From NCBI RefSeq assembly GCF_009834535.1, contig NC_045697.1, forward strand, positions 72,790,001 through 72,854,000: a stretch of 64,000 nucleotides of DNA, written 5' to 3'. The notes beneath the pieces are model-generated. The model saw only the letters and a program-made list of their open reading frames with translations, was not told the DNA's origin and did not search any database. Below, in pieces: positions 50,661 through 64,000 of the stretch. Both the position numbers and the translations under genes were made by a program. Positions within the stretch are counted from its first letter, which is position 1. Each line of letters opens with the position of its first letter. The DNA is from Camelus ferus. Its lineage: Eukaryota.

Positions 50661-53600
50661 ACAGGTAATGAATGGATCAAGAATGTGAGGAGACAGTGAC
50701 CAGAGAAGGCTGCAGCAGCTTGATGAGGTGTGCTGACAGTGAGCCTAGTCAGCAGTCTGGTGGCCACTTGAACACCCAACCCCACAGTGAAATGAATCCA
50801 AGTATGATACAGAAGAGCTGTGTTGTTGTGAAGACGTGGAGCTCAGTTGCAAGGAGCAATCAGAACCAGAAAAGAGCAGTGTCAAGGTAATTAGGCAAGG
50901 GTATTCATCAGCTTTAAGGAATTACACTTCCAAAAATAAAAGGAAATGCGTATTAAAGTTTTAAACAAAATGAATTGTAGGGCAGAGTAATAAGTAGGAA
51001 TGTCGTAAGGTCATTTGCTTGATCTACCTGCTGTCAAATCGGAGTTATACCTACAACTCTCTTGGGTAAGGAATTCAAAATGAATAGATTAATTCTTTCT
51101 TCTAATACTTAAAATTAATATAAATAAAGCTCTAAGCTTTTTTTTTCCTACTCAACTATATAACCTGGTACTTTGGTGGGATGAAAAACATGATTGTGTG
51201 CAAAGCAACTGACTTCAGAGAAATGAGAATCTGATCTGTGCTGTCTCATTACCCAAAGACAGGGACTCTGTGACTTTCCCCTAAGACTTTAAAAAACCAT
51301 TAACAAATTCATGTGCTGGAAACTAGTTCCTTTTGCCTATGACAAATTTTGGGGGGGTTTGGTTTGTTACCACAAAATATAATAGAACAGTGATTGATAT
51401 GCCTTCTATGTATTAAGAAATGAGATTATTATGGCAAAATGCCTCTGAACTATGCCTCCCATTTCAGGTTATGGGACTCAAGGAAGGTATGGGTAAACAC
51501 CTTCATGTTTGACTCATTTGTTCAAAGCTGCCTAAATTCTCAAATGTCTTATAGGAAGATAGGAGAGCAATAGAAACAGAATTATAAGGTGTAGGGTCCT
51601 ATTCATTGTGTTACAGGTGATCATTAAATAAATGTAAATTTATTTATTTATTGCCTCAAAGCACTAGAGTTTGTGCCACTGTAGAGTCCTTCCTGGTCAA
51701 AATAAGTGGTCTGGTAATGAAATGTTGCAGGAGAGGCTCATGAAATCTTATGTCCAGGAGGGAGACAGGTATTGTAATGATGGAGAACTGGCTTGTATTT
51801 TCAGTCAAGTGAATGAAAAAGTGTCTTCTAGTTCTCCATAAAGCCTTGTTTAAAATAAAATAATCTCCCTTGTTCAAGCTGGATTAACTGTGACACACAA
51901 GCTTATGGTCACCAATTATTAGTTTTCAGGCACTGTGTATGAAGGGAATTATTATCCCATACTTGATCTACCTGCTTTTTAATCAGCATGGGTAGCATTT
52001 GAAGGACCTGTTGTTTATTCTAATTAATACTGGAGTTTCTATTCCCTTTGGTATGCAACTACTATTGTGTCTATTGTTTTCAGTTCTTTTAGAATGCTCT
52101 TTTCCTTTACAGATTTAATATGCGAATCATGTATATATTTCTTTGAGTTGTCAGTGAAAACCATTCTTCTCATCTGGGCTTAGATGGCTGCGGCAAAAGG
52201 CTTTAGAAATCCCTGTTTCAGAGATTTGTATAATTTGTATTTCAGATCATGCTGGAGAATGATGAAATAGTGAGGCAGAAATAATCTGAGGATAAGACCT
52301 GAGAATCCAAAGGTAAGAAGTATTCACAATGTATTATTTCACCCGTTCTAAATATTTCCAAATAAAACACAGGTTTTGGAGAAATACAAATGATTTGAAA
52401 AAAAAATCATAAGTTTGGAAATACAGTGAATGAAGTATACAGAAGTACGGATTATCATAGTCCTTTTGGAATCTACTACTTAAGCAAAGTAATAGTTTCT
52501 CTGAAATCTTTTCAAAAAGACATCTGAAAAGACTTGGAACAAGTAATTAGCATCACATGCATAAAGGGTTCACATACGACCTGGTGTGACAGAAAACAAC
52601 TTCTGTTTATGATCCTCTCCTGACTTGAAGGAGAGTGAATTTGGGTCTATGTCGAACATTTTGTTTGCTGAGAAGGATAATGGAAATAGATGGAGATTTG
52701 CACGTTTGGAATTATTTGAATCATAGGAACTGTGCTGCAGTTTGAATTGTAGGAACAGTGCTAAATTTGTCTTGAAAAATGATGGGTGAATGGTCTTTCT
52801 GCGGCTGAGAAATAGACCAAGGAGAGGCTGCAAGGAGGAAAGGTGAAGAGGGAGAAGGAAAGTGGGGGAGGGAGGTGAGGAGGGAGAGAGGGACACACGA
52901 TTGCCTAGGGGCTGACTCGAGAGGATGTGCCAAAGGAGTTTTGTGTCCTGAGAGGCAAGTTCTCCCATTGGACAAATGTACAAAATTTACACTTGTCATT
53001 GAGGACACATAAAAATAAAAAATGTGATACACATGAAGTTAGTTAAAATATAGGTCATATAAATAATGGTAAATGAAAATAGTAGGTTACTGGGAACTGG
53101 CTATCATACAAAGCCAAAGGAGTACGAATTCCTTCCAGAGCACTCTGGGGCGGTGGACGGGTATCGTTCTAGGCACTTTAAAAGGCTGCACTGTCTCTTG
53201 CTGCAAAGATTATGAAAAGATGGAAAGTCAAAATAATTTCCAAAGGAACTGTCTCCTCTAAGGTAGGAATGAAGAAAGAGGAGTAGAGGACAAAGGGGAA
53301 ACAGAAGGGCTCTGAAAAGCAAACTGCCACCTGGGGATGAGATAAAGGAGTAAAATGTTCAAATAAAACAAGCAGAAAAACAGTTTCCTCACCTTTCTGC
53401 TTAAGGATAAGCCTGTTAGAAGGAAGGAGAGGCATGTGACCCACCCTAGTCCTTCATTAACAAGCACTCTCACTTGCTAAGGAGCCTGTAACTTCATAGC
53501 AGGGCAGAAATCCTCCTTGGTGCCAGGAAGCCCTTGACTATATCAACCCCTGTGTCCTAGCTGTCAACCAAAGAGATACTAAGAAAGAAATGTATTCATG

Positions 53601-55883
53601 TATTCTTTGGGTTTTAGAAAGAATTTTTGTTTTTAGGAAAAAAGATTTATAACTGATGACAGCCTGGGGCAGAATGGGAGGCATGTGGAAATATTTGCTA
53701 GGCTAGTAAATCTGTTGTGGAGTTATGCACCATTTAAGCCTAAGAGTATACCCTGACTAGCCATCATTCTGTTAACAGAACCTCTCTATTAATTATTTTA
53801 CTTGGCCAGGAAGTTTATATTTGATGTTAATAAAGTTAGTCCGGCAAAACACTGAGGTGATTTTTCCCTCTATGAAAGAAAGAAGACTTTTTGTTTGTTT
53901 GTTTTTCAGCACAGTTCAATGTTAAGGGAATTTGGAATTTTGCAGTGAGAAATAAATGCATGGTATAAATTCTTTTTACTAACATCAATTTTTGGTTTAT
54001 TGGAATACTACATCAAGAATCTATACAACGGGGAAAATCCTACTTATTATTTTACTTGTGGCAGAGTAAGAAATATTTTTATTTAATGAAATATGGAAAA
54101 GTTTCAAGAACAGTTTAATTTATTCAAGAATAGATAAGTAGACCTCATTTTTAGTTCTGAGGCTATTAAGATAGTCCTGGAGACATTGACTTTGTCCTGA
54201 AGATTCAGACTAAAATCTTTCCTTTGTGTGCTGGGTCTCTGGGCATAGTATCAGGTTGGAACTCAGGAAGCCTAAAGTCTAGAACTGGTTCTCCTTTGAA
54301 TGATTTCTGACCTTTTGAAAGTCACATCACATGACTGCACATTTTCTCATGTATAAATTGAGAAGGTAGCTGACTCACGAAACTTTACGTTTTCAGTTGT
54401 TTATTAATTCACTATCCATCCATCCATCCATCCAGAAAGCATCATGCTAGGCACTGAGGATACAGTGGTGAATAAAGCACATCTCTTGCTCAGTTGTCTA
54501 CAGTAGATCTAAGAATTTACCTGTGATAAAATGCCCACATTTCTTAGGGAAATTACCGAGCACCATTTAAATTTAACCTAATTTTAAAGCACCTTATTCT
54601 TTCCTCCTCTATTTTTTGTATACTTTTGAACTTATTTTTAAATGAGGTTTAATTGTAAACTAGAGAATTGTAAGTGGTTATTAAATGATACACTGTTGTT
54701 GACATAAGTGAAATTTCAATTATTCACACATTGTCTAGTTAAAACTATTTAAATTTGCATTAAAAACTACTTGAACAAAGTAAAATGGGATAACATGACT
54801 GACATTTAGAAATAGTCATTAGTCTTAGCAGAGGGAAGAGACAACACATTTGTAGAGAGTTACCTTTATCAGATTAGAAATGGAGAACATTAAAATAAAT
54901 TCTGACAAGAATCTTGCCAGCCTAAAAGCTGCACTGAAAGCTGGATGAAAGCTCATGAATAAAGAAGAAAATAATACATTAAGGACAGAGACCAATCTGT
55001 TTCCAGATAAGGGGTGTCATATGGAAAGGGAGAGGAGCACTTTGGCTTTAAATGCAAGATCTAACAATGGATCATTCCATTATAATGGATCATTCATAGA
55101 TAACTGAAGGAGGTGAGGTGTACTGTGAATTATGTGGACAATAGAATTAGAAGGATTTAGTTTATAGAAGGAATTTTTCTTCTTAAAATTTATGTGTTGA
55201 GTATACATTATAGAAAAAGCTAAAGTGTTAGAATGATGGTGTTATGACTTGTTCCCCCTCTTTTTTTAACCTCTTTTATTGACATTACAATGTACTTTAA
55301 CTATAAAAGGAGGAAGAATGGTAATGGATTAGATCCTTGAGTTTAGTTTTAGCTTGGGTTCCAAGTCAGATTCCTCTGCTTACTTGACACATAATTTTTA
55401 GCAAGTTGAACTCTCCAAGCCTTGGTTACATCACCAGTCAGCTAGTATGATAATACCTCAGACTGTTAATGAGGCTACTAAATTAAATAATACATGTAAC
55501 TGACAGTACTTAGGCATATGGTCTTAGTATGCCTTATAATGAAAAATAATTAACCAGATAAAGAAACATTGAACATCTGGAGGAAAGTATATCTAGATTT
55601 TATAATCTTAATGCCCACTTGTTTCTAAATAAATAAACAAAGATCCATGGTAGCTTATTGACTATGAATTTAAATGAAATTATTTCCTTCTTCAGTTGAA
55701 TCATTTAAAAAATCACCAGGTGGTTTCTTGAACTCATTATCTTAGAGTTTAGGTTAGTTGTATTTGCTCTATTTTTCTGGCCAGAGATTTCCCTAAGTTG
55801 ACTATTTTTCCAACAAATGGAATCTTTTGAAATAGAAACTGGAGTAAGTCTGTAAATGTCAGTATCAATCAGTCTATCACTTT

Positions 55884-55948
55884 GAAAATCAAAACCACAA
55901 CAAGATTTCACCTCACCCATGTAAGAATGGCTATTATCAAAAAGTCAA
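55884..55948 (+). mobile_element. Isolated ~65 bp L1 ORF2 fragment
   Basis: aaatcaaaaccacaacaagatttcacctcacccatgtaagaatggctattatcaaaaagtcaa. Confidence 0.7.
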
Positions 55949-58649
55949 TGTATCCCTAAACTGAATAAACAACTATAAAGTCATCTCTTGCTGGCAAAGG
56001 GTCAGAAGCTAAAATACTACTTATTAATATTAACCCAAGCTGGATGATGATGATGGAAAATGAAACAGGGACAGAAGACAAATGGTATCCACTCTCCTGC
56101 TTTTGAGAGCAAAAAAATAGTTGTGTGAACTGTCAATTAGCAGCTCATCTTTTTCAAAGGACATTTTGTTAACCTGTTATTAACTGTTAATCTCTAGTAA
56201 AGAGGCTATAGTGTTAATCAATGGATTTTTCTGCATTGGTTTAAAATCTTCTTTTAACTAAATTAGAAAGAATAAAAGGTAGAAATGATGAAATAAAGAG
56301 AAGCTGAGAGGTCTGGCAAAAGAATTTTTCTCTACTTCTCTGACCTGGGCTTCAGGTGGCTGAGGGTGTGGAGATTTGGAGGGAAAAACAGGAGATGTGA
56401 GTAGAGGAATTTGTGCTCACCTATATTCATAGAAGGTGACACAATTATTGTGTCATTCAGAGGGTGTGATAGAATGTTCTTATGAACATTTCTAATCAGG
56501 GTACAAAATACCCTGTGCTGATAGATTAGAGATGTATGAAATGTTCTGTAATAGCGTGTTATCTTCATCAGCATACGTAAGCATTCTCTCTGCTGGAGCA
56601 TACCTCCAGCTGCATACAGGCCATTTCCATCTTGCTGGATTCTCCTAAAATGAATTTATCTGCTTCACCCAAGATTGCTGCATTTTCTCACAGATTCCAT
56701 ATTTCTTGTCAATAATGTCCCAATTTTCTTAGTGATTGAATCTTTAAATAGAATTTTTCCATTTCCTCTCCCTCAGTCTTTAAATCTAATAAGTCACCAA
56801 ACTGATGATTATTTTGAAAGTTTTCCCACTGATCCCTTTCTATTTCACTGTTAACTTCTCTAGCTTCAATGTTTTCGCTTATGTATCTCTGAAGATAAAA
56901 CCCTTCCTATCTATCCTAGAATATTCTTGTTAGTGTTAAATAAAATACTGTATAGACTGTGTTCTATGAAAGGTTATAAAATTGGAAAATTTTTTCCCTA
57001 TAGATTCTGAGCTAGTTTTGGACTCCATTATTGCTCCTTTGCCTTGCCATCTAGTATGCTATGTATAAATACATTATGCATATTTCATATGCATATATAC
57101 ATATATATATCTTTGTATAATATGTATTATATGTATTATACATATATACATATTCATGTAAGTAGTGGACACAGAACTACTACATATAAACAGTATTACA
57201 GTGCACTAGAATTTGATACTATTTGTATTAATGCTTCCTGTGATTTTCCTCCCTGTTTTCTGTCCCATTAGTACTCCTACGAAACACTTACTTAAGCATA
57301 TGTCAAAGCACATAGTTCTTTTCTCCAAATAGATAGGGCTGGGGTAGAAGAAGAAGGAGATGGAGGGGTGGCTGAGACTGGAGAGAATAAAGTGTAGGGA
57401 CTGAAATCTTACAAATTAGAAGAATAAATTTTATTTTCAAGTGGAGGGGACTCTGTGCTGAACTGACCTTAAGTGTTGGTCTTTCCATCCCAAACACTGC
57501 ATAATACATCACTTGCAGACACCAGTTTAATATGGGTGACTGGTTACTTGAATGGGGTCAAAATTGTGAGGGAAATCTTTCGCTCTAACTAAAATCTACT
57601 ATACAGAGCCCATTAGAAAATTTCCTATGACCTGGGCCACTAATATTTCTGACTGAAATACATCTTCTTTTATAGGATTTTGTAAGGTTCAAGTAAAATC
57701 ATTTGTGCACAATGCCTAGTACATATTAGATTTTAAATAAATATTTGATGAATCTCAATCATGGGTATTTATATTTGGAAGAGAACTCAGAGGTAATCTA
57801 GTTCAATCTTCTCATTTTACAAATAAGACAATGAGCCCAGAGAAAAGTGGTGATTTATACAAAATAATGCTGAAATATAATACCAGGTCTGGCATTCATC
57901 TGTCCTGAGTCCCAGTTCTCTTTCCACTGAATTACAAAACTTTGCATCTCTTTTGTTTTGTGTCATCATATCTATCACTCTTCTTCCTAGTTTTCTTTCT
58001 GTCTTAGGCACATATAAAACATCATGCTCATTTGACTTTACAAACCTAGATTTTCTCCAAATATAAGAAACAATTACATTTATATTTGTCTACTGATATT
58101 TGCCAGTGGCAATGTATTTATGGTAGAATTGCTTTAGTTGCAGCAAAACCATCACTATCAGGATGCTTTAGGGTGTTATATTAACTAAGGAGAATTTGTT
58201 AGGGGGGATTGTGTATTGCTTTTATTCAATATACATTAAAAGGAGCTTTAGCTATATATTGAGCTGATTTACAGTTTTTAACTATCAAAAACATATTTTA
58301 GTGTACATTTTTGCATATCTAAAATAGATGCCTTCTCATTTTCGTTACTGCATGTAGTCCCAGTTTACTGACAAATTGTTTTCTAAGAATTAATTTTTAA
58401 GCTGATTACTGCCACTGGAAATAAATTTTAAGTTGACTGTTGGTACTGGGAAATAACTTTTCCTTAAAGACAATGTCATATATTTTGGTTAGTTTGATCT
58501 ACAAAAGCTTTTAACTCAGAATATGTCAATAAATAATACAATAATATTATTCAGTTGTACTACTGGTAATTAAACAAATAGAAAAATAAGAAAATAATTA
58601 CTTTGTCTTATTTAGCCCCACCCCCTTTAAGCAAAGTATAGAAATGATC

Positions 58650-59960
58650 AGTCTAATAGGGAAGTGAAGAACACATTCTCTAGAATCAAGACTTTCTGGG
58701 TTCAAATCCTGACTCTATCATTCCATAGACTAGGCAGTTACTTAACTCATCTAATGACTGTTTCTTCATCTGTCAAATGAAAATAACAATAGTGCCTCCC
58801 TTCTGCAGTAGTCAGAATTCAATTGGTTAATCTATTTAAAGCACATACATCAAGTCTCTGGCACATAACAAGCATAATAAGTGCTAGATGCTTTTATAGA
58901 GCTATCACAAGCATTATTCCTTTTATTAGTGATAATAGTTAGGTTTATTTTGGTCTCATGAATAGATGAATGTAAGTGCAGGTTGGAATCGCATATTCAT
59001 GAGCATTAGGTACCAGACACTTTAATACATACATTATCTTGATTAGCCCTCATCCAAAAAGATTTCAAGAAAAGAAATAAGACTTCAGTATTTTATAAAT
59101 GAGAAAATGGGCAGAAGATTGGCCTAGGGTACCTGCCGGTTCTTTGCAGTTCTGTTTAATGGAAGGAACAATGGGTCATCTTGCATTCCACAGGACTGAA
59201 TGGACTCCACTTGAAATATTACCAGTAGTATGAATTTGGGTACTTTTCACCTTCTCAGAGCTTCAGTTTTCTGATTTATTAAAATGAAAGAAGATAATTT
59301 CCAGCAGCCCTACCTTCAGGGGGTATTGTGAAGATTGGTACAGTTAGTGTATGAGAATGCACTTTGTGTAATTCAAAAAAGACTTAAACATGAAGTACCA
59401 TTCTAAAACTTGGTCCTTTGAGCTAGTTCTCTAAAAGAACACAACTCTAAAAACCTTCATCCAGGATTCAAGTCCAAGTTCTGCTACTTAACTAATGTTA
59501 AAAGTTTGAGATTCAGTTTCATTTTTCTATAAAACAAGAAAAATTCACCTAGATATTGTGAGAATTAGTATTTATGTAGAAGTTATTTACAAACTATGAA
59601 TCACTATAAAAGGTAGGTCAACATTATGTCTAAAAGATAAAAGGCCAGTGTTACAGGCCAGTTTTCTACCTCTGTATTTTTCTACCACCTGATGCTTTCT
59701 GAGTGCCATAGTGCTGGCGTGTATATTCACGGTAACGTGCCTAAAGTAACAGGTGCCATTTACTGAGAGCAGTTCTATATGCCAGGCACCTTTTGAAGTA
59801 CTCAACATTTATTGCCTCATTTAATCCCTATACAACCACATGAGTATGCATTATTATCATTTTCATTTCATCTTACAGGGATTGTAACCTCTCTGAGGCT
59901 AAGATAGGTTATATTACCCAATATATTTGCCAGAGTCAGCATTTGAACTTGGCACACTAA
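58650..59960. mobile_element. Cluster of MIR SINE fragments (~58650-58885, ~59220-59370, ~59465-59580 on +; ~59760-59950 on -)
   Basis: ctgggttcaaatcctgactct, cagtttcctcatctgtaaaatg-like cores, tatgccaggcac...tcatttaatcc. Confidence 0.65.
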
Positions 59961-60129
59961 GAGTCTTTGTTTCTAGTGATTACATTCACTTGTCTAAGAG
60001 TAACAAAAATGTCATTCGTTTATCTGTTCATCAAACCATTCGATATTTCCTTTTCTGAATGTTTAGTGTCTAATTCTCTCAAAGTTAAAAAATATAATCT
60101 AATTCCACAAACAAAAATCATTTTTAAGT

Positions 60130-60510
60130 AAGCAAAATGATTTTTATGTAAAAATAAGCAAGAATGGCTAAGAAAATTTTGGGAAAAAAAAAGAATAAAA
60201 AGAGTGGAGAGTTGCCCTTTTAGATATTAAACTATGTTATAAAGCTTCATTAGTTTAACCAGTGAGATGATAATGCATGAACAACCAGATAAAACAGGGT
60301 AGAAAGCCAACAGAGCTTTGAACACATCGGAGAATTTAGACTATGATAATTGTAACATTTGAAGTTAATGTTGAAAAATGGGTTACTCAAAAAACGGCAG
60401 TAGATACAACAGGAAATTATCTAAAAAATAAAACTGGGGTCTCATTCCACAATTTACCTAAATAAACTTAAGCTAGATCTAAAACAAACACATTCTGAAA
60501 CCACAAGAAG
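60130..60510 (+). mobile_element. Old L1 ORF2 fragment
   Basis: agaatggctaagaaaattttg...ggagagttgccc...gatattaaa...tataaagct. Confidence 0.55.
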
Positions 60511-60619
60511 ATTTTGATTCAACCTAATCTATCCATATAAAGAGTGATCTTATAAAATTGACAATAATTGATACTTTTCTCACATGCAAGAGTATGTTCA
60601 GAAGTATTGAGAATTTTAA

Positions 60620-60915
60620 GATAGTAGTTCAGGATCATTCTTTTTGCATGTGGCTCTCCAGATTTCCCAACACCATTTATACAATCCTTTCTCCATTGTG
60701 TATTCTTGGCTCCTTTGTTGTAAGTTAGTTGACCATATATGTGTGAGTTTATTTCTGGGCTCTCTATTGTGTTCCATTGATCAATGTGTTTATCTTTAAG
60801 CCAATACTGCATGGTTTAATTATTATAGCTTCAGAATGTAGTTTGAAATCAGGAAGCATGGTGCCTTCAGCTTTGTTTTTCTTTCTCAAGAGTGATTTGG
60901 CTATTCAGGGTTGTG

Positions 60916-60950
<35 letters not shown>

Positions 60951-61310
60951 GTGTGTGTGTGTGTGGTTCTATACAAATTTCAGAATTATTTGTTATACTC
61001 TGAAAAATGCTATTAGAATTTTGATAAGAATTGTATTGAATCTATAGATTGCTTTATGTAATAATGACATTTTAACAATATTAATTCCTCCAATCCGTGA
61101 GCACAAAATATCTTTCCAGTTATTTATGTCTTCTTCAATTTCTTTCATCACTGCCTTACAGTTTTCAGTGTTGGTTAAGTTTCTTCATAGATAATTTATT
61201 CTTTTTGACTGAATTGTAAATGGTATTGTTTTCTTAATTTCTCTTAATGATAGTTTACTATTAGTGTATAGAAACACGACAGATTTCTGTATGTTGATGT
61301 TATAGCATGT
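60620..61310 (-). mobile_element. L1 ORF2 fragment with embedded (TG)n microsatellite (~60919-60965)
   Basis: Minus ORF QYWLKDKHIDQWNTIESPEINSHIYGQLTYNKGAKNTQWRKD resembles L1 ORF2p. Confidence 0.92.
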
Positions 61311-63149
61311 GTTACTGATTTCATATGCTAAGAGAAATCCATGATGCGTAAACATGGCTGCAATCTTGCCTGCACCTGTAACTGCAGCATGAGAAATATT
61401 AATGGGTAACTATAGAAGAATCTTTTCAAGTGATTGCCAAGCATTCAAGGGCTGCAGATATTCTTCTTAAAGTGCTATCTTTTCTTACTTTTTTTTCAAG
61501 GAATAAACATTTCTACTTCTCAAGTACTAGTAGGAAACCAAAAAGGAACACGCAGAGACTTTTTTAGACTTTTCAAAATAATTTCTATCCATTAGTCACC
61601 CATAAAGAGCAGGGAGAAGATTTAATCAAAGCAAGTGGCGTTTGTGATCACTGCAAAGCTGAAGTGTAGGAGGCACTCTTGATTACAGCTTGTATCTCTG
61701 TTGGGGTAGACGTTAGAGGGAACAAACAGCTATTAGTTTTCTTTACACTTCACTGTTTCAATATCTGTCATAAATTTAAGGTTTTTTTTTAACTTTGTTT
61801 TGATTTTAGTTATTTTCCTTTAAGATAATAGGGTTTTAAAATAGTTGGCTAAATTTTCATCATATCCTGAAGAATTAAAATTTTATATAATTTCAGAAGT
61901 ATAAAAAGCAGATACATTCTAATGGTGTTCATTGATTCATCAACCAAAATACAAACTTTTATCAAAATATTTGAGTGAAAAACACTTGATAAACAATCAT
62001 GAACTTCTGTATAAAAGTGCTTACAATATTAATTTTTATTTATTGGGGAGTTACTGTCTTATACATGACAGAAACTTAAAAAGATAATTTTATGGTTCTT
62101 GACTTTCATTTCCCTAGAAAATCTACCATTGAAATGTGGGTTTTATACCTGGATGATAATATAGATTTTTAAAAGAAAGCAGAATACACAAGATATATAT
62201 TTTTAAAATATGGAAATATTTTTAAAGGAATATATGGTTTTATAATTAATAATAATATGACAGAATATGCATGGAAATAACTAGAAATGTGTCATGGAGG
62301 TGTAGAAATGAGGGAAGGACACAAAGGTAAATCACATTGCAGTATACACAAGTTTGTACATCTACATAATGTATTACTGTTTGAAGTCTAAGTCATATGG
62401 ATAATACCAAGTATTTTTTATGGCAACAAAGTAAGCAAAGTACATAAAGAAATTGGTTATGGGGAGAGTCAGACAGAAAAATTCTAGTTTATTCACAAAG
62501 CTAGCATTTCAGCAGATTCTCAATTAACGTGAACATTTACCACTGCTGATACTGAACAATAAGTGCTCTTTTAGAAAAATATATACATATTATGTGACTT
62601 TATTTGTTTAAGCTGGTTAGCTAAAGGAAGACAACAAGAAAAAGTTCAAATTAATATTACAAAATGTTATATAACTACTAAAACACAGAAAAGGAAATGT
62701 AGTATCAAATTCTTGATTCATCTTTAATGGATATTCTCCAAGAGTAAGAAGTTTATAGGCTAAATCTGAAAAAGTTGAAAATAACTCTTTTTTTCCCTTC
62801 TATGGTTGAGCTTTGTTTTAACTTCAGTTAAATATCACCATAGGAAATTTTCCGTTTACATTTCTTGTTAACTAAATGCAGAGAAAAAACAAGCAACTTT
62901 ACGCCACTTGGATACTGATTTTATCCTTAATGTAAATTATTTTAACTGTAAATCTTGATAAAATCTACAGCTGTCATAAATACAAATTCTTGACTAATTA
63001 AAAGAAATAGAATAAGAGTCAAATACAAATGTCTTGAAATTAGTTCTGCATTCATTTTAAACTGCATTTGATTTTAATCAAAATTTTTTAAAGAAAAAAT
63101 AATATTTATCTGCAATATAAACAAAGTCCTGTTGCTGATTTGAGATGTG

Positions 63150-63235
63150 TATTATATATAATATCATATATAATATTATACACACACATATATATAATAT
63201 ATATACACACATTTATAATATAATACATATATACA
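63150..63235. repeat. TA/CA-rich low-complexity tract (similar tracts at ~47395-47525 and ~57060-57160)
   Basis: Directly visible. Confidence 0.8.
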
Positions 63236-64000
63236 GTCACAAATTTTCTTAAGATCATAAAGCAAATCTGTCTTGGCATACCCTCATTTACACAAATCTG
63301 ATGCATCTTTCTGGGTGTTTCTTTTTAAAAGTAAAAAAAAGACAAAGAACCACATACACCATGGAAGCTTTTTGCCAGTTTCTCAACTGTGGCAAGATTT
63401 TAATGTGCTACCATAAAGAATAGCAGTAAGATAAGGGATTAATGAAATTTAAGGTGCTGATCAAATCTATCATTCTAAAATAGATTTTTTTAAGCTACAA
63501 ATGTATTTTAAATCAGCTTGTGAGTTGAGCACTAGATATTTAAAATTTGGCTTTTCATATGCCAACATATATTAAATAAAGAGATAAGTTTTTAAATTTT
63601 GTTGAGTAATTGGTATGGCTTTAATAGATAGCTTTAATAATAATTTTCATTTATAGTACTTTAGCCAAGATTTCAATAGGTAGCCAAAATCTATGACTAT
63701 ATCTACCAATAAGTAGAACAAAATAGACAAAGATCACTTTGTTTTTCTAGACACTAAATTATTCTCACACTGGAATGTAAACATTAATACAATAAGCTCA
63801 GCAAATAGGATAATGTTAGAAAAGCATTCCTTCCTAAAAGTTTATAAAAATGTTATAATTTTAATTTTCAATTTTAATTTTATAGCAATGTACTGAATAG
63901 TATATATTTCCTAAAGGTGAGCTTTGGCAAGAATATTAACCAATTACCACCAAAAACAATAGAACCAACCTTAGCCAAGGCTTTGGGGATTGTGTGATAT

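Noticed and set aside
55066..55095. AATGGATCATTC direct repeat (period 18)
   Set aside because: Simple local duplication with no further structure.

Overview
AT-rich, CpG-depleted mammalian DNA, probably camelid, judged from a Vic-1-like tRNA-derived SINE at ~29985-30148. The only protein-coding sequence I can support is the 3' end of TACR3 (neurokinin-B receptor NK3R) on the minus strand: exon 4 (30393-30589, TM6-TM7) and the coding part of exon 5 (28439-28751, C-terminal tail). A probably long 3' UTR follows (to ~24780). Bases 30590-64000 are intron 3, with no exon 3 seen, and 1-~24700 is downstream intergenic DNA. The rest is largely L1, L2, MIR and MaLR/ERVL LTR relics; repeat family names and most repeat boundaries come from recalled consensus motifs and are approximate. 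Four observations stand out. (1) A ~1.2 kb ORF-less L1 derivative has an intact L1 5' end/5'UTR joined directly to the L1 3' terminus at an AG|TTATAAG junction, plus a possible short 3' transduction, and sits inside an MLT1 LTR. (2) A ~300 bp micro-inversion splits an MLT2 LTR. (3) A proximal TACR3 poly(A) signal lies in a GC hairpin, and a distal one is flanked by two Pumilio motifs. (4) The NK3R C-tail has substitutions relative to the recalled human sequence.
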